A stretch of DNA of 64,000 bases from an uncultured Pelagibacteraceae bacterium (GCA_902611145.1 CACLYO010000005.1:13154-77153), one strand, 5' to 3'. Shown: positions 1 through 10,978, counted from the stretch's first letter. Notes: a model not told the origin generated them from the sequence alone. Numbers and translations are program-made.

Positions 1-791
1 CAGATATAAAAAAAAAGAAAATTTTTATATTTAATATAAAGACTAAAAGAAAAAAAATAATAAAAATAAATAAAGAAATTGGTTTTTTATCTCATATTAA
101 AAAAAACATTTTTATATTAGGATTAAAAGGAGAATTAAGAATTGTTAATTTAAAAAATAATAAAAAAATTAAATCTATCTTTATAGAAATTGACAAACCA
201 TTAAATAGATTAAATGATGGCAAAACTGATCCGAGCGGAAGACTTTGGTTCGGTTCAATGGATAATTTAGAAAGAAATATTCATAATGGATCTCTATATT
301 GCTTAAATAAAAATTTAAAAATAAAAATGGTAGATAATAAATATATGATCACAAATGGACCAGCCTTTATTAATGAAAAAAATTTTTATCATACAGATAC
401 TAAAAAAAGAATAATTTATAAAATTAAAATTGATAAGAATTTAAATATTTTGGAAAAAAAAATATTTAAAAAGTTTGTTGGTTTAGAAGGATTTCCTGAC
501 GGCATGACTACAGATCGTTTTAAAAATCTTTGGGTTTGCAACTTTGGTGGTTCTTCTATCTCAGTATTTAATCAAAAAGGAAAAAAAATTTATAAAATAA
601 AATTACCAGCAAAAAATGTTACTAACTGTGCTTTTGGCGGTGCCGATAATAATGATTTATATATAACTACAGCCTTAAAAGGATTAAAAGAAATTGATAA
701 ACAAAAGTATAATCTATCAGGATCTTTATTTAAGGTTCGAACTAATAGCAAAGGTATGACTTCTAAATCTTTTAACGTAATTTATGACTGA
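1..791 (+). CDS. SMP-30/gluconolactonase/LRE family protein (5'-truncated by window edge)
   Basis: Frame is open from position 3, upstream of the ORF-track start at 258. It contains RLNDGKTDPSGRLWFGSM, NGPAF, PDGMTTD and TNCAFGG, typical of SMP-30/gluconolactonase propellers. Confidence 0.9.
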   Translation, partial: DIKKKKIFIFNIKTKRKKIIKINKEIGFLSHIKKNIFILGLKGELRIVNLKNNKKIKSIFIEIDKPLNRLNDGKTDPSGRLWFGSMDNLERNIHNGSLYCLNKNLKIKMVDNKYMITNGPAFINEKNFYHTDTKKRIIYKIKIDKNLNILEKKIFKKFVGLEGFPDGMTTDRFKNLWVCNFGGSSISVFNQKGKKIYKIKLPAKNVTNCAFGGADNNDLYITTALKGLKEIDKQKYNLSGSLFKVRTNSKGMTSKSFNVIYD

Positions 792-1491
792 AATATTTAT
801 TGCATTATCTGCTGGATTAATAAGTTTTTTATCTCCTTGCGTCTTGCCACTTATTCCAGGTTATATTGCCTTCATTACTGGCAATAAGTTAGAAGAGTTG
901 CTTGAGAAAAAGAGTATAAATTTATTACCAATATTTTTATTTACAATTGGTTTTTCAATTGTATTTATTATTTTTGGTGCTTCAGCAACATTTTTAGGTA
1001 AGTTTTTATTATATAATTCTTTTCCACTAAGAATTATAGCAGGACTAATAATTATAATTTTTTCTCTGCACATTCTTGATGTTTTTAAATTAAATTTTTT
1101 AAATTATGAAAAAAGATTTTATACAAATAAAAATAATAAAATTTTTAGTCCAGTTATAATTGGTATGGCTTTTGCATTTGGTTGGACACCTTGTATTGGA
1201 CCAATTCTTGGTTCAATTTTAGTTTTAGCATCAACCACTGAAAATATGTACAAAGGAATTTTATTATTATCTTTTTACTCTTTAGGTCTCGCTATTCCTT
1301 TTATTTTATCTGGATATTTAATTCAAAAATTTATTCTAGTTTCTAAAAATATAAAAAAGAAAATGAATTTAATTACAAAAATAGGTGGAATTTTATTACT
1401 TTTAACTGGTATTTTAATACTCACAAATAAGCTTCAAGCTTTAGGATTTTATATTTTATATTACTTACCGTTTTTAGAAACGATCGGTTAG
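784..1491 (+). CDS. ccdA: cytochrome c biogenesis protein CcdA (DsbD transmembrane domain)
   Basis: SFLSPCVLP and WTPCIGPILG motifs; about 6 hydrophobic helices. Confidence 0.92.
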   Translation: MTEIFIALSAGLISFLSPCVLPLIPGYIAFITGNKLEELLEKKSINLLPIFLFTIGFSIVFIIFGASATFLGKFLLYNSFPLRIIAGLIIIIFSLHILDVFKLNFLNYEKRFYTNKNNKIFSPVIIGMAFAFGWTPCIGPILGSILVLASTTENMYKGILLLSFYSLGLAIPFILSGYLIQKFILVSKNIKKKMNLITKIGGILLLLTGILILTNKLQALGFYILYYLPFLETIG

Positions 1492-2351
1492 TTATTTTTT
1501 TTTGGCTTAGTGAATACTATTAAAATTACTCCAATAATAATTATAGCTCCACCAATGAATAACTCTTTAGTGGGCTCTTCACCCAAAAGAAAAATTGCAG
1601 CTAATAGTCCAGTAGGAGGGATACCCATAGTAACTATAGGCAATACTTTGTATAGAGGATTATTTTTTAAAACATAATAAAAGCAACCATAAGTTATTGG
1701 TTGCATAATAAATCCTAAATAAATTGCAATCATCCAAGTTTCAAAAGGTGCAGCCTTGAAGTAGTCAATTGGATTTCCATCAAAAATAGCTGAAAGCCCA
1801 ATTAATATTGGACCGGAAAATAAACCCAACCAAGCAACAAGTGCCAATGGATTAATTTTTTTACTTAATGGTTTTACTAGAACTTGTCCCAAGGACCAAA
1901 CGGCGGAACCTATTATTACTAAACTTACTCCAATAAACTTACCATCTAAATTTGGTGAGCCAGTTAGTATATATACTCCAACAAATGCAATTGCTATTCC
2001 TATTAAAGCTCTTACTGTTGGTTTTTCACTTAGCATAAAATATGCAAATAAAACTCCAAAAGGAACTTCAGTTTGAACAAGTAAAACAGCTGCTGAAGCA
2101 TCTATAAAACTTAAACCTGTGTAAGTAATACTGTATTGTGTCGTATTTGCTACAAGAGAAGCTAAAAATATTTTTTTAAGAAAAGCTTTTGGTATTGGAA
2201 ACCACCAAACCAAAAGTAATGCTACAAAAGTAAATCTTAAACCCATTAATAGAAAAGGAGGCAGATGCTCCATGGCTGGTTTAGCAATAACAAAACCAAA
2301 ACCTAAAAAGATTGGTACTATCGCAGCTATTAATGAATCTCTAAGTGTCAA
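1488..2351 (-). CDS. DMT/EamA family transporter
   Basis: 287 aa, about 10 TM helices, duplicated EamA pattern (PPFLLMGLRF, LSEKP, LLGEEP). Confidence 0.85.
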   Translation of the reverse strand: MTLRDSLIAAIVPIFLGFGFVIAKPAMEHLPPFLLMGLRFTFVALLLVWWFPIPKAFLKKIFLASLVANTTQYSITYTGLSFIDASAAVLLVQTEVPFGVLFAYFMLSEKPTVRALIGIAIAFVGVYILTGSPNLDGKFIGVSLVIIGSAVWSLGQVLVKPLSKKINPLALVAWLGLFSGPILIGLSAIFDGNPIDYFKAAPFETWMIAIYLGFIMQPITYGCFYYVLKNNPLYKVLPIVTMGIPPTGLLAAIFLLGEEPTKELFIGGAIIIIGVILIVFTKPKKNN

Positions 2352-2358
2352 TCAAAGC

Positions 2359-3462
2359 CTAAAGGTTAAATTTTCTTTTTAAATGTCTTAATTTTCCTTC
2401 AGTGCTATCAAAATCTATATAACAACCTTGTAAAAACCTTTTTCCTTCTTCTGGATCAAATTTTGTTCTTCCATGCAAGACTCTATAATTGTCCATCATC
2501 ATAAGATCTTTGGGGGCAAGTTTAAATTCTATTCTATTTTTTTCAGAGTTATATAAATCAGATAATTTTTTACGTGCTTTGTAGTATAAGTCTAGTTTAT
2601 TTTTTTCTAACATAGGAACATAATCTAGTCTTGGGCTAAATCTTACTTGTTTAAAATTTTTTTCCTCATCTAGATGAATTAATTCTGACCAATCTTCTAA
2701 TACAACATTTTTATCAATAAATTTGAATCTAACCTTAACTTCAGATAGAATTTTATAGAATTCAGGGTCACTTTTTTTAAGATCTTCAGTAACTGTATAA
2801 CCATCAACTAATGTTGAAAAACCTCCTTTAACTTCATTTTCAATACAATGTAACAATTGAATACAAGGAACTGGATTTCTATATGGGTTATCAGTATGTG
2901 GGCTCAATGGTAAAGTTGTATAAGCTAAATCATTTGGACTTGATTTAGACTTAACATTAAAATGTTCACCAAAATTAGTACGTCTTACACTACCTATAGA
3001 ATTAGCAAATTTAACAATATAGTTATTTTCTGTAGGGACATTTTTTATAACTACAAAACCATACTCATAAAAAGAAATTAACAAATTATACATTTCTTTT
3101 GATTCAAAAAAACCTTCTTTGTATTCAAAACTTTTTATGTTTTTTAAAGTTGAATCCCATTTTTTTTTAGGAATTGATTTAACTACCGTATCTTTATTTG
3201 AGAATTCAGACTCTAATTTACTTATATCAAGTTTAGAGTTTACACCGTCATTAAAATCAACTTCAAGAATTCCATTTTTAATTTGAGCTTTTTTTATAAT
3301 TATTTCTCCGTCCATTTGTGAAGGGTCAAATAATCTCTGCTGAGTACCTTTATCCAAAAAATCATCCCCATCCACTCTTTCTCTAAGCCAGAAAGGATGT
3401 ATTTCTTGAACAGATTTTCCATTATTGAAAAAAATTTTGTTTTCGTTTAGTTCAATTTTCAT
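2359..3462 (-). CDS. TauD/TfdA-family 2-oxoglutarate/Fe(II) dioxygenase, gamma-butyrobetaine hydroxylase-like
   Basis: HTDNPY (HxD) and DNYRVLHGR iron/2OG motifs, RFLQGCY, N-terminal WLRE..QRLFD BBOX-like domain. Confidence 0.85.
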   Translation of the reverse strand: MKIELNENKIFFNNGKSVQEIHPFWLRERVDGDDFLDKGTQQRLFDPSQMDGEIIIKKAQIKNGILEVDFNDGVNSKLDISKLESEFSNKDTVVKSIPKKKWDSTLKNIKSFEYKEGFFESKEMYNLLISFYEYGFVVIKNVPTENNYIVKFANSIGSVRRTNFGEHFNVKSKSSPNDLAYTTLPLSPHTDNPYRNPVPCIQLLHCIENEVKGGFSTLVDGYTVTEDLKKSDPEFYKILSEVKVRFKFIDKNVVLEDWSELIHLDEEKNFKQVRFSPRLDYVPMLEKNKLDLYYKARKKLSDLYNSEKNRIEFKLAPKDLMMMDNYRVLHGRTKFDPEEGKRFLQGCYIDFDSTEGKLRHLKRKFNL

Positions 3463-3530
3463 AAGGTTTTTTGAGCATTATTTAAAATTATCCTTTAATC
3501 AAGATAAATAAAATAGTATGTGATCGTTTA

Positions 3531-4352
3531 ATGTCTGAATTAAATTCAAAAAATATTAGAGTTTTTGCTGGCTTTTTAAATCGATTAGCCAAGGATATGA
3601 CAATGTTTTATTACTCTAAACTTAATAAGCCTTTTAAAGTTAATAATAAATTAAAGGGCAAAGGATATGATCCTGTGACTTCAGCAGACAAGGCTTTTGA
3701 AAAATTTATAAGATCCAAAATTAAAAAGAAATTTCCAACTCATGAAATTATTGGTGAAGAATTTGGTCGTAAAAAAACTAAAAGTGATTTTACTTGGGTG
3801 ATTGATCCAATAGATGGAACAAGGTCTTTTGTAATAGGAAATCCATCTTGGAGCAATTTAATCTCTTTAAATTACAAAGGGAATCCAATTGTCGGTTTAG
3901 CAAATTTTCCCAAACTAAGTAAATATTATTTAAATTATTCAAATAAAAATGCTTATGTTTTCAATATTGCTTGTGTTGGAAAAGATAAGAAAATAAAATT
4001 ATCAGTAAATAAAAAAGCAAATTTTAACAATATGAAAGTTTCGGGAGCATTTCATGGTTGGTTATCACCAAAAAAACAAAGTAAAATTCCTAAAGTTTTA
4101 AAACTTATGCAGTTTCCATGTTCAGATGCATTAAGTTATGCACATTTATGTGAAGGAAAAATTGATGTCGTTATACAATGTCAAAATAAAATATGGGACA
4201 TTCATCCACTTATTCCAATAATAAAAGCATCAGGTGGTATTGCTACTACATGGAAAAACAAAGATGCAAAATATGCTGGTAATATTTTAATTTCTGCAAA
4301 TAAAACTATTCACAGAAAATTCCTAAAACTTTTAAGACCTGCTTTAAAATAA
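3531..4352 (+). CDS. inositol monophosphatase family protein (possibly HisN-type histidinol-phosphatase)
   Basis: DPVT.AD, GEE, WVIDPIDGT and WD motifs. Confidence 0.8.
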   Translation: MSELNSKNIRVFAGFLNRLAKDMTMFYYSKLNKPFKVNNKLKGKGYDPVTSADKAFEKFIRSKIKKKFPTHEIIGEEFGRKKTKSDFTWVIDPIDGTRSFVIGNPSWSNLISLNYKGNPIVGLANFPKLSKYYLNYSNKNAYVFNIACVGKDKKIKLSVNKKANFNNMKVSGAFHGWLSPKKQSKIPKVLKLMQFPCSDALSYAHLCEGKIDVVIQCQNKIWDIHPLIPIIKASGGIATTWKNKDAKYAGNILISANKTIHRKFLKLLRPALK

Positions 4353-4359
4353 TTAAATT

Positions 4360-6657
4360 ATGAAAAAAATTGTTTTATTTTTAGTATTTTCATTTTTTAT
4401 TTCTACATCAGCTGTAGCTGAAGCACTATCAGTGACATGGAAAGGTGCTTTAATTCCTGGAGGTAATACCGAAAGTGGACTAAGTTGTACAGCAACAACT
4501 AATGGTGTAGCACTTGATCGAGATAGAACAGAGGATCCTTATGATGTTGTGATGAGTGATGATGGTCTACAAGTATTTACAGCCAATAGAAGTGGTGATG
4601 CTGGTATGAACTCCAACCAATTAAGTATGAATAGACTTGGAACTCCCAATGAAATTCTAACAGATATAATGAGGAATGGTTCAAATCCGACTTGTACAGA
4701 TATGGAAGGTGCGAGCCCAGGTGAGATTTCAGGTGGTGCAATAACAGGATCAAACATTATAGAAGGTCTTCATATTGGCAATGGTGGTAGTACATTTATG
4801 GTTTTGGATACTGTTGGTAAAATAGGAAAATTTAATCTAACAACTCCATATGATATAAGCACAATGTCATACGAAACTGTATTCGATACTGGCGATATTA
4901 AAATTGACAGTATGCATTTTAGTAGAGATGGAACAAAACTTTTTACACTAACCAGTAATACTGATGCTCCAGCTGTAACAACTTATTCTTTACCAGCACC
5001 TTTTGACATTTCTTCAACAACTCAAATTCACCAAGTAGATTTGGCTGATAAGGGTATAATTGTTAGTGCAGCCAGCCATGACCAAGGTTTTGATATTGAA
5101 TTTAATCCTGATGGTAGTGCCATGTTTATTATGATGGCAAATACAAATACAGCAAATAATAATTTTGTTTATCAATTTAGCTTAGGAATAAATTATGATG
5201 TTTCAACAGCAGTAAAAGTCGGCAGATGGGATATGAATGATGTTTTTCTAAACAGGGACGCAGATGAATTGGATGGTCAACCAAGAGGAATGGGTTTTTC
5301 AAGTGATGGAATGAAATTATTTGTAGTAGAAATAATGGCTGGTAATGGTGTCGACATGATCAATCAATTTGATTTAGAGTGTCCTTATGGTCTTGCTCAA
5401 TGTACCTCAGATTCAGCCTCTAATCTTGGTTCTCAAGTTCAATTAGCAAAACAAAATATAAACCTTAATACTTCAGTAATTTTTAAACGATTTGAATGGG
5501 TTAAAAGAAATAGAAACAGTGAAAATTTAAATAGCTTTAATATTAATATTAATTCTCATAACCCTCTATTGGCTTCTTTAGCTAAAAAATTTCAAACATC
5601 AAAATATATAAATAGAGCATCACTTAACAACAATTCTCTAAGTAATAATAAAAAATCTAAATGGTCATATTGGAGTCATGGAGATATTTCTATAGGTAGA
5701 TATGAAGATACAATAGTAGAAAAACCAAAGCATATAAAAACTACAGGTTTAACTTTTGGAGCTGATAGAAAATATGGAGATAATAAATTTGCAGGTATAG
5801 CAATACGATATGCGGAAAATGGTGGAAAGATCAGAAGCACTGTTCAACGAACTGACATGGAGTCTTTAACTTTAAATATTTATGGAATTATTCCAAGAGA
5901 TGAAAACAAATATATAAATGCAGTGCTTGGATTAAGTGTACTTAGGTTTGATCAAAAATATCTTGGACAATTAACAGGAGAAAGAAATGGAAAACAAGCA
6001 TTTACTGCTCTTAATTATAGAACTAAAAAAAGTTACGGAGATTTAAACCTTACACCATCAGGAAGATTTACTTATGCAGTAACACAATTATCAGATTTTA
6101 CTAATTTTGTTAGTACCGTAAAATCAGCAACAGATATTATTTATGAGGAAGATACTTTTGAAAATGGTGAAGTTGCAGCTGGATTTTTATTTAATTTAAA
6201 CGATATAGTAACGTCTGATGGAATTTTCAGGCCAAACGGAGGTCTTGAAATTGTTTACGATATAACACCTGATATTAAATTAGAATATTCAAATCAAGGA
6301 AGTTCAAATGTAAATACTGCAACAATTAAAAAATATTCACAAAAAAATATAAGAGGTAACATTGGGCTTGAAACTATTTATAATAATGGAATAACACTTT
6401 CTTTAAATTATGAAAGATTCCAACATATTGATAGTCATAGATATTCCCATACAGATAGTTTTTTAATTAAAGTCGGATATATCTCTGAGGAAGATTCTGA
6501 ATTTGCATTTAATTTTGATCCATTACAAACTAGTCAAATGGAACTAAGCTATATTAAAGATGTTAATGGCTTTGATGTTAAAGTAGGTTCAAACTATAGC
6601 ATGGCGAGTCAAATACCTGACTATGGTGCAAACATAGAAGTTTCAAGTAAGTTCTAG
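4360..6657 (+). CDS. autotransporter-domain outer-membrane protein with beta-propeller-like passenger
   Basis: Signal peptide; repeated FS.DG..LF and (Y/F)D(I/V)S blades; C-terminal amphipathic beta-strands (GLTFGAD, LTPSGR) ending in Phe. Confidence 0.75.
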   Translation: MKKIVLFLVFSFFISTSAVAEALSVTWKGALIPGGNTESGLSCTATTNGVALDRDRTEDPYDVVMSDDGLQVFTANRSGDAGMNSNQLSMNRLGTPNEILTDIMRNGSNPTCTDMEGASPGEISGGAITGSNIIEGLHIGNGGSTFMVLDTVGKIGKFNLTTPYDISTMSYETVFDTGDIKIDSMHFSRDGTKLFTLTSNTDAPAVTTYSLPAPFDISSTTQIHQVDLADKGIIVSAASHDQGFDIEFNPDGSAMFIMMANTNTANNNFVYQFSLGINYDVSTAVKVGRWDMNDVFLNRDADELDGQPRGMGFSSDGMKLFVVEIMAGNGVDMINQFDLECPYGLAQCTSDSASNLGSQVQLAKQNINLNTSVIFKRFEWVKRNRNSENLNSFNININSHNPLLASLAKKFQTSKYINRASLNNNSLSNNKKSKWSYWSHGDISIGRYEDTIVEKPKHIKTTGLTFGADRKYGDNKFAGIAIRYAENGGKIRSTVQRTDMESLTLNIYGIIPRDENKYINAVLGLSVLRFDQKYLGQLTGERNGKQAFTALNYRTKKSYGDLNLTPSGRFTYAVTQLSDFTNFVSTVKSATDIIYEEDTFENGEVAAGFLFNLNDIVTSDGIFRPNGGLEIVYDITPDIKLEYSNQGSSNVNTATIKKYSQKNIRGNIGLETIYNNGITLSLNYERFQHIDSHRYSHTDSFLIKVGYISEEDSEFAFNFDPLQTSQMELSYIKDVNGFDVKVGSNYSMASQIPDYGANIEVSSKF

Positions 6658-6675
6658 TATACTCTCATTAATAAA

Positions 6676-7398
6676 ATGAGAATAATAATTCTACAGCATA
6701 TCAAAATAGAAGATCCTGGTTTTATAAAAGATTTAATGATCAAAGATGGAGCTGAGCTAACAACAGTAGAACTAGACGAAGGTGAAAAAATTCCAACTGA
6801 TCTTACACAATTTGATGCAATGTTTTGCATGGGTGGACCTATGGATACTTGGATGGAAAAAGAATATCCATGGTTAGTTGATGAAAAAAAAGTAATAAAG
6901 GAATTTGTTGTTGATTTAAAAAAACCTTATTTAGGTTTTTGTCTTGGTTGCCAGTTACTTGGTGAAGTTGTTGGTGGAAAAGTTGTTAAATCAAAAAATC
7001 CTGAAATAGGAATGTTAAATATTAATTTTTCTCAAAACAAAAGTAACGATCATTTATTTTCAAAATTTCCTGAAAAGATTACTTCTTTGCAGTGGCACTC
7101 ATATGAAGCTCAAGGTTTAGAAGATAATAAAGATATAACTCTTTTAGCATCTTCTCCAGAAACTAAATATCAGATTTTTAAATATCAAAACCATGCTTAT
7201 GGAATTCAGTTTCATATAGAAGTTAAAGATACAACTGTAGGAGAGTGGGGGTGTGTTCCAGAATATAAGTCAGCTTTAGAAAAAGAATTAGGCCCGGGAG
7301 CACTAGAAAAATTTGATAATGAAGCACAAGCTAATATGAAAAATATGAATGAATATTCTAAAATTTTATACGAAAACTTCAAAAAACTGCTTCAATAA
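6676..7398 (+). CDS. class I glutamine amidotransferase-like hydrolase
   Basis: MGGPM, GFCLGCQLL (nucleophile Cys) and QFHIE (His-x-Glu) triad. Confidence 0.88.
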   Translation: MRIIILQHIKIEDPGFIKDLMIKDGAELTTVELDEGEKIPTDLTQFDAMFCMGGPMDTWMEKEYPWLVDEKKVIKEFVVDLKKPYLGFCLGCQLLGEVVGGKVVKSKNPEIGMLNINFSQNKSNDHLFSKFPEKITSLQWHSYEAQGLEDNKDITLLASSPETKYQIFKYQNHAYGIQFHIEVKDTTVGEWGCVPEYKSALEKELGPGALEKFDNEAQANMKNMNEYSKILYENFKKLLQ

Positions 7399-7460
7399 TT
7401 CTTCTTTAGTTTCCCTAATTATTAAGCTAAATTTTTATAAATAATAATTAAGGGGGGAAT

Positions 7461-9020
7461 ATGAAACCTATAAATTTGCTAAGAATTTTATTAGCATTTA
7501 TGTTTGTTTTTGTATCGACACAATCATTTGCAAAAACAATCAAATGGTCAATGCAAGGAGATAGTTTAACACTAGATCCACATGCACAAAACGAAGGTCC
7601 AACTACTCAAGTATCAAGACAAATTTATGAAGCTCTAGTTACTAGAGGGTTAGACATGACAATCGGACCTCAACTTGCAACTAAATGGAAAGCAGTTGAT
7701 CCAAATACTTGGTACTTTTTTTTAAGAGACGATGTTAAGTTTTCAAATGGACAAAAAATGACATCAGAAGATGTTGTTTTTAGTATATTAAGAGCAAAAC
7801 AACCTACATCAGACTTTAAAGAATATATTAGTACTATTTCAGGTGTTAAAGCGATTGATGATTACACAGTTCAAATTAAGACAAGCAAACCAAATCCAAT
7901 ACTTTTGAACCAGTTATCAAATATATTTATAATGTCTAAGCAATGGTCAACTGATAACTTTGTAGTAGCTCCACAAAATTGGGATGCAGGACAAGAAACT
8001 TTTTCTGCAACTAATGCCTTGGGAACTGGTCCTTTTAAAATTACTTTAAGAGAACCTAATACAAAAACTGTTTTCAAAAAAAATGGTAAATGGTGGGGTG
8101 ATGTTGAACATAATATAACTGAGATACAGTTGCTTCCAATTAAAAATGCTGCAACAAGAGTTGCTGCTTTATTATCTGGAGAAATAGATTTAGTAACTGA
8201 TGCTCCTGTTCAAGATTTGAATCGTATTTCATCTTCTGGCGGACACAAAGTAGAAAGTACTCCACAGATGCGTACAATCTTTCTTGGAATGGATCAAAAA
8301 GCTGACAAGCTTAGAACAGGTAATACTGGAGATAACCCATTTAAGAAAAAAGAGGTTAGACAAGCTCTTTATCAAGCAATTGATATAGAAGCTATCAAGA
8401 AAAAAGTTATGAGAGGTTTAAGTGAACCAGCAGGAATTATAACTTTCCCAGGTGTTACAGGTTACACCAAAGCACTTGATAAAAGACTACCTTACGATGT
8501 TGATGCTGCAAAAAAACTATTAGCAGATGCAGGGTATCCAAATGGTTTTGATGTTGAACTAAGATGTCCAAATGACAGATATGTAAATGATGAAGCAATT
8601 TGTACAGCTGTTGTAGGAATGTTAGGAAAAATTGGTGTTAACGTAAATTTATTTGCTCAAACTAAAAGTAAACACTTTAAAGAACTTAAAGACAACCAAG
8701 GCGACTTTTATATGTTAGGTTGGGGTGTTCCTACTTTAGACAGTCACTACGTATTCCATTATTTATACGAAACTGATGCAAGCTGGAATAAAGTTAACTT
8801 CAGCGATGCTGATGTTGATGCTGCAATCAGAGTAATGGAAGGTGAAGTTGATTTAGATAAAAGAAATGCCGCTATAGCTAAAGCTTGGAAAATTGTAAGA
8901 GATAACATTGCTTATCTACCTTTACATCACCAAGTAATTTCTTGGGCATCAAAATCAAACGTTAATGTACCTATAAGACCGAATAATGAACCATTATTCC
9001 GTTTTTCTAGCGTAAATTAA
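7461..9020 (+). CDS. ABC transporter substrate-binding protein, family 5 (Dpp/Opp)
   Basis: Signal peptide, TLDPH, YEALV, GTGPF, LLADAGYPNGF; strong GGGGG RBS. Confidence 0.92.
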   Translation: MKPINLLRILLAFMFVFVSTQSFAKTIKWSMQGDSLTLDPHAQNEGPTTQVSRQIYEALVTRGLDMTIGPQLATKWKAVDPNTWYFFLRDDVKFSNGQKMTSEDVVFSILRAKQPTSDFKEYISTISGVKAIDDYTVQIKTSKPNPILLNQLSNIFIMSKQWSTDNFVVAPQNWDAGQETFSATNALGTGPFKITLREPNTKTVFKKNGKWWGDVEHNITEIQLLPIKNAATRVAALLSGEIDLVTDAPVQDLNRISSSGGHKVESTPQMRTIFLGMDQKADKLRTGNTGDNPFKKKEVRQALYQAIDIEAIKKKVMRGLSEPAGIITFPGVTGYTKALDKRLPYDVDAAKKLLADAGYPNGFDVELRCPNDRYVNDEAICTAVVGMLGKIGVNVNLFAQTKSKHFKELKDNQGDFYMLGWGVPTLDSHYVFHYLYETDASWNKVNFSDADVDAAIRVMEGEVDLDKRNAAIAKAWKIVRDNIAYLPLHHQVISWASKSNVNVPIRPNNEPLFRFSSVN

Positions 9021-9029
9021 ATTAATTTT

Positions 9030-9059
9030 TTACAAGCCCTTTTTTTAAAGGGCTTGTAA
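9030..9059 (+). terminator. intercistronic stem-loop after the SBP gene
   Basis: Inverted repeat TTACAAGCCCTTT...AAAGGGCTTGTAA between the SBP stop (9020) and the permease. Confidence 0.75.
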
Positions 9060-9075
9060 CTTAAGCTTTCATAAA

Positions 9076-10059
9076 TTGATAAAATATTTTTTTAAACGTC
9101 TGTTTCAATCAGTTATGGTAATGCTGGTTGTTGCTTTTGTTTCTTTTTCTCTTTTTACTTTTGTTGGAGATCCAATAAACAATATGGTTGGAGAAGAAAC
9201 ATCTGACAAAGAAAGAGCAGAACTTCGGGAAACTTTAGGATTAATGGATCCTATACATATTCAATTTTCAAGATTTGTAGTTAATGCTTCTAAAGGTGAG
9301 TTTGGAATTTCTTATCAATTAAGACGACCAGTTTCAGAATTAATTTCTGAAAGATTGCCAGCAACAATAGAGCTTGTTTTAATTTCAGCTTTAATTGCAC
9401 TTGTATCAGGAACTTTATTGGGAGTTTATACAGGTATAAATAGGAAGGGTTTTTTAAGCGATATAATACTAGCGATTTCACTACTAGGTGTATCACTACC
9501 CACATTTGTTATTGGTATACTCTTTATATATCTTTTTGCTGTAATATTAGGAATACTTCCTTCTTTTGGCAGAGGTGAGGTCGTTAATCTCGGTTTTTGG
9601 TCAACAGGGTTTTTAACAACATCAGGATTAAAAGCGATAATTTTACCTTCAGTTACTCTTAGCCTTTTCCAAATGACTTACATTATTAGACTTGTTCGTG
9701 CAGAAATGATGGAAATATTGCAAACTGATTACATTAAATTTGCAAGAGCGAGAGGAATAAATGAAAAAAGTATTCATTACAAACATGCTCTTAAGAATGG
9801 CTTAATACCTGTAATTACGATCGCAGGAATAAACATTGGAACGCTAATAGCTTTTTCAATAATTACAGAAACAGTTTTTCAATGGCCAGGAATGGGATTT
9901 TTATTTATTCAAGCTGTTCAGTTTGTAGATATACCAATTATGTCAGCCTACTTAGTTTTTATTGCATTTGTTTTCGTAATGATAAACTTCATAGTTGACA
10001 TTTTATATTATTTTATAGATCCAAGAATAAGAGTTAAGGCGGAGGCTGTAAGTGGATAA
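9076..10059 (+). CDS. peptide ABC transporter permease (DppB/OppB-like)
   Basis: GDP, ERLPATIEL, DYIKFARARG (EAA loop), ETVFQWPGMG; TTG start. Confidence 0.9.
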   Translation: MIKYFFKRLFQSVMVMLVVAFVSFSLFTFVGDPINNMVGEETSDKERAELRETLGLMDPIHIQFSRFVVNASKGEFGISYQLRRPVSELISERLPATIELVLISALIALVSGTLLGVYTGINRKGFLSDIILAISLLGVSLPTFVIGILFIYLFAVILGILPSFGRGEVVNLGFWSTGFLTTSGLKAIILPSVTLSLFQMTYIIRLVRAEMMEILQTDYIKFARARGINEKSIHYKHALKNGLIPVITIAGINIGTLIAFSIITETVFQWPGMGFLFIQAVQFVDIPIMSAYLVFIAFVFVMINFIVDILYYFIDPRIRVKAEAVSG

Positions 10060-10978
10060 CAAAAACTTAACTTTAATTAATCGGATTAAAAATAGTGATA
10101 TTTATTTTAGCTTCGTAAAATCTCCAACAGCTATTGTATCAACTGTTATATTGATAATAATTTTCTTTTGTTCTTTTTTTGTTGAATTAGTTACACCTTA
10201 TAATCCTTTTGACCCATCTTCTTTATCTTTAATGGACGCATTTACACCACCTTCTTGGACAGAAGATGGTCTATCTAAATTTATTTTAGGAACTGATGGT
10301 CAAGGTAGAGATATGTTGGCGACAATTCTTTATGGATCAAGGATATCTTTAATCGTAGGCTTTTCAGCAGTTATATTTGCTTTAGTACTAGGAGTAGGAT
10401 TAGGTTTAACAGCAGGATATTTTGGTGGAAAGTATGAAATGATTGTTATGAGACTTACTGATGTACAATTAACTGTACCAAGTATCTTAATGGCTTTATT
10501 GGTTGATGGAATTGCACGTGGAATTATTTCTAGAGAGCTACATGATGAAATGGCAATTTATGTTTTAATTTTTGCAATAGGAATTTCAGAATGGCCACAG
10601 TTTGCTAGAGTATCTAGAGCTGCCACTTTGGTTGAAAAAAATAAAGATTATGTTTCTGCCTCAACAATTATTGGAGTTTCAAATTTAATTATTATGTTTA
10701 AACATATTTTACCAAATATAATGAGACCAGTTCTTGTAATTGGAACAATCGGACTTGCACTTGCAATAATAGCTGAAGCGACACTAAGTTTTTTAGGAGT
10801 AGGTGTTCCACCAACAACACCATCCTTAGGGACATTGATTAGACTTGGAAATGATTTTTTATTTTCTGGTGAATGGTGGATAACTTTCTTTCCAGCAATT
10901 TTTTTAGTTATTTTAGCATTTTCAATTAATCTATTAGGAGATTGGATGAGAGATACACTTAATCCAAAATTAAATTAA
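10052..10978 (+). CDS. peptide ABC transporter permease (DppC/OppC-like)
   Basis: LGTDGQGRD, KHILPN, EATLSFLG motifs. Confidence 0.9.
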   Translation: MDNKNLTLINRIKNSDIYFSFVKSPTAIVSTVILIIIFFCSFFVELVTPYNPFDPSSLSLMDAFTPPSWTEDGLSKFILGTDGQGRDMLATILYGSRISLIVGFSAVIFALVLGVGLGLTAGYFGGKYEMIVMRLTDVQLTVPSILMALLVDGIARGIISRELHDEMAIYVLIFAIGISEWPQFARVSRAATLVEKNKDYVSASTIIGVSNLIIMFKHILPNIMRPVLVIGTIGLALAIIAEATLSFLGVGVPPTTPSLGTLIRLGNDFLFSGEWWITFFPAIFLVILAFSINLLGDWMRDTLNPKLN

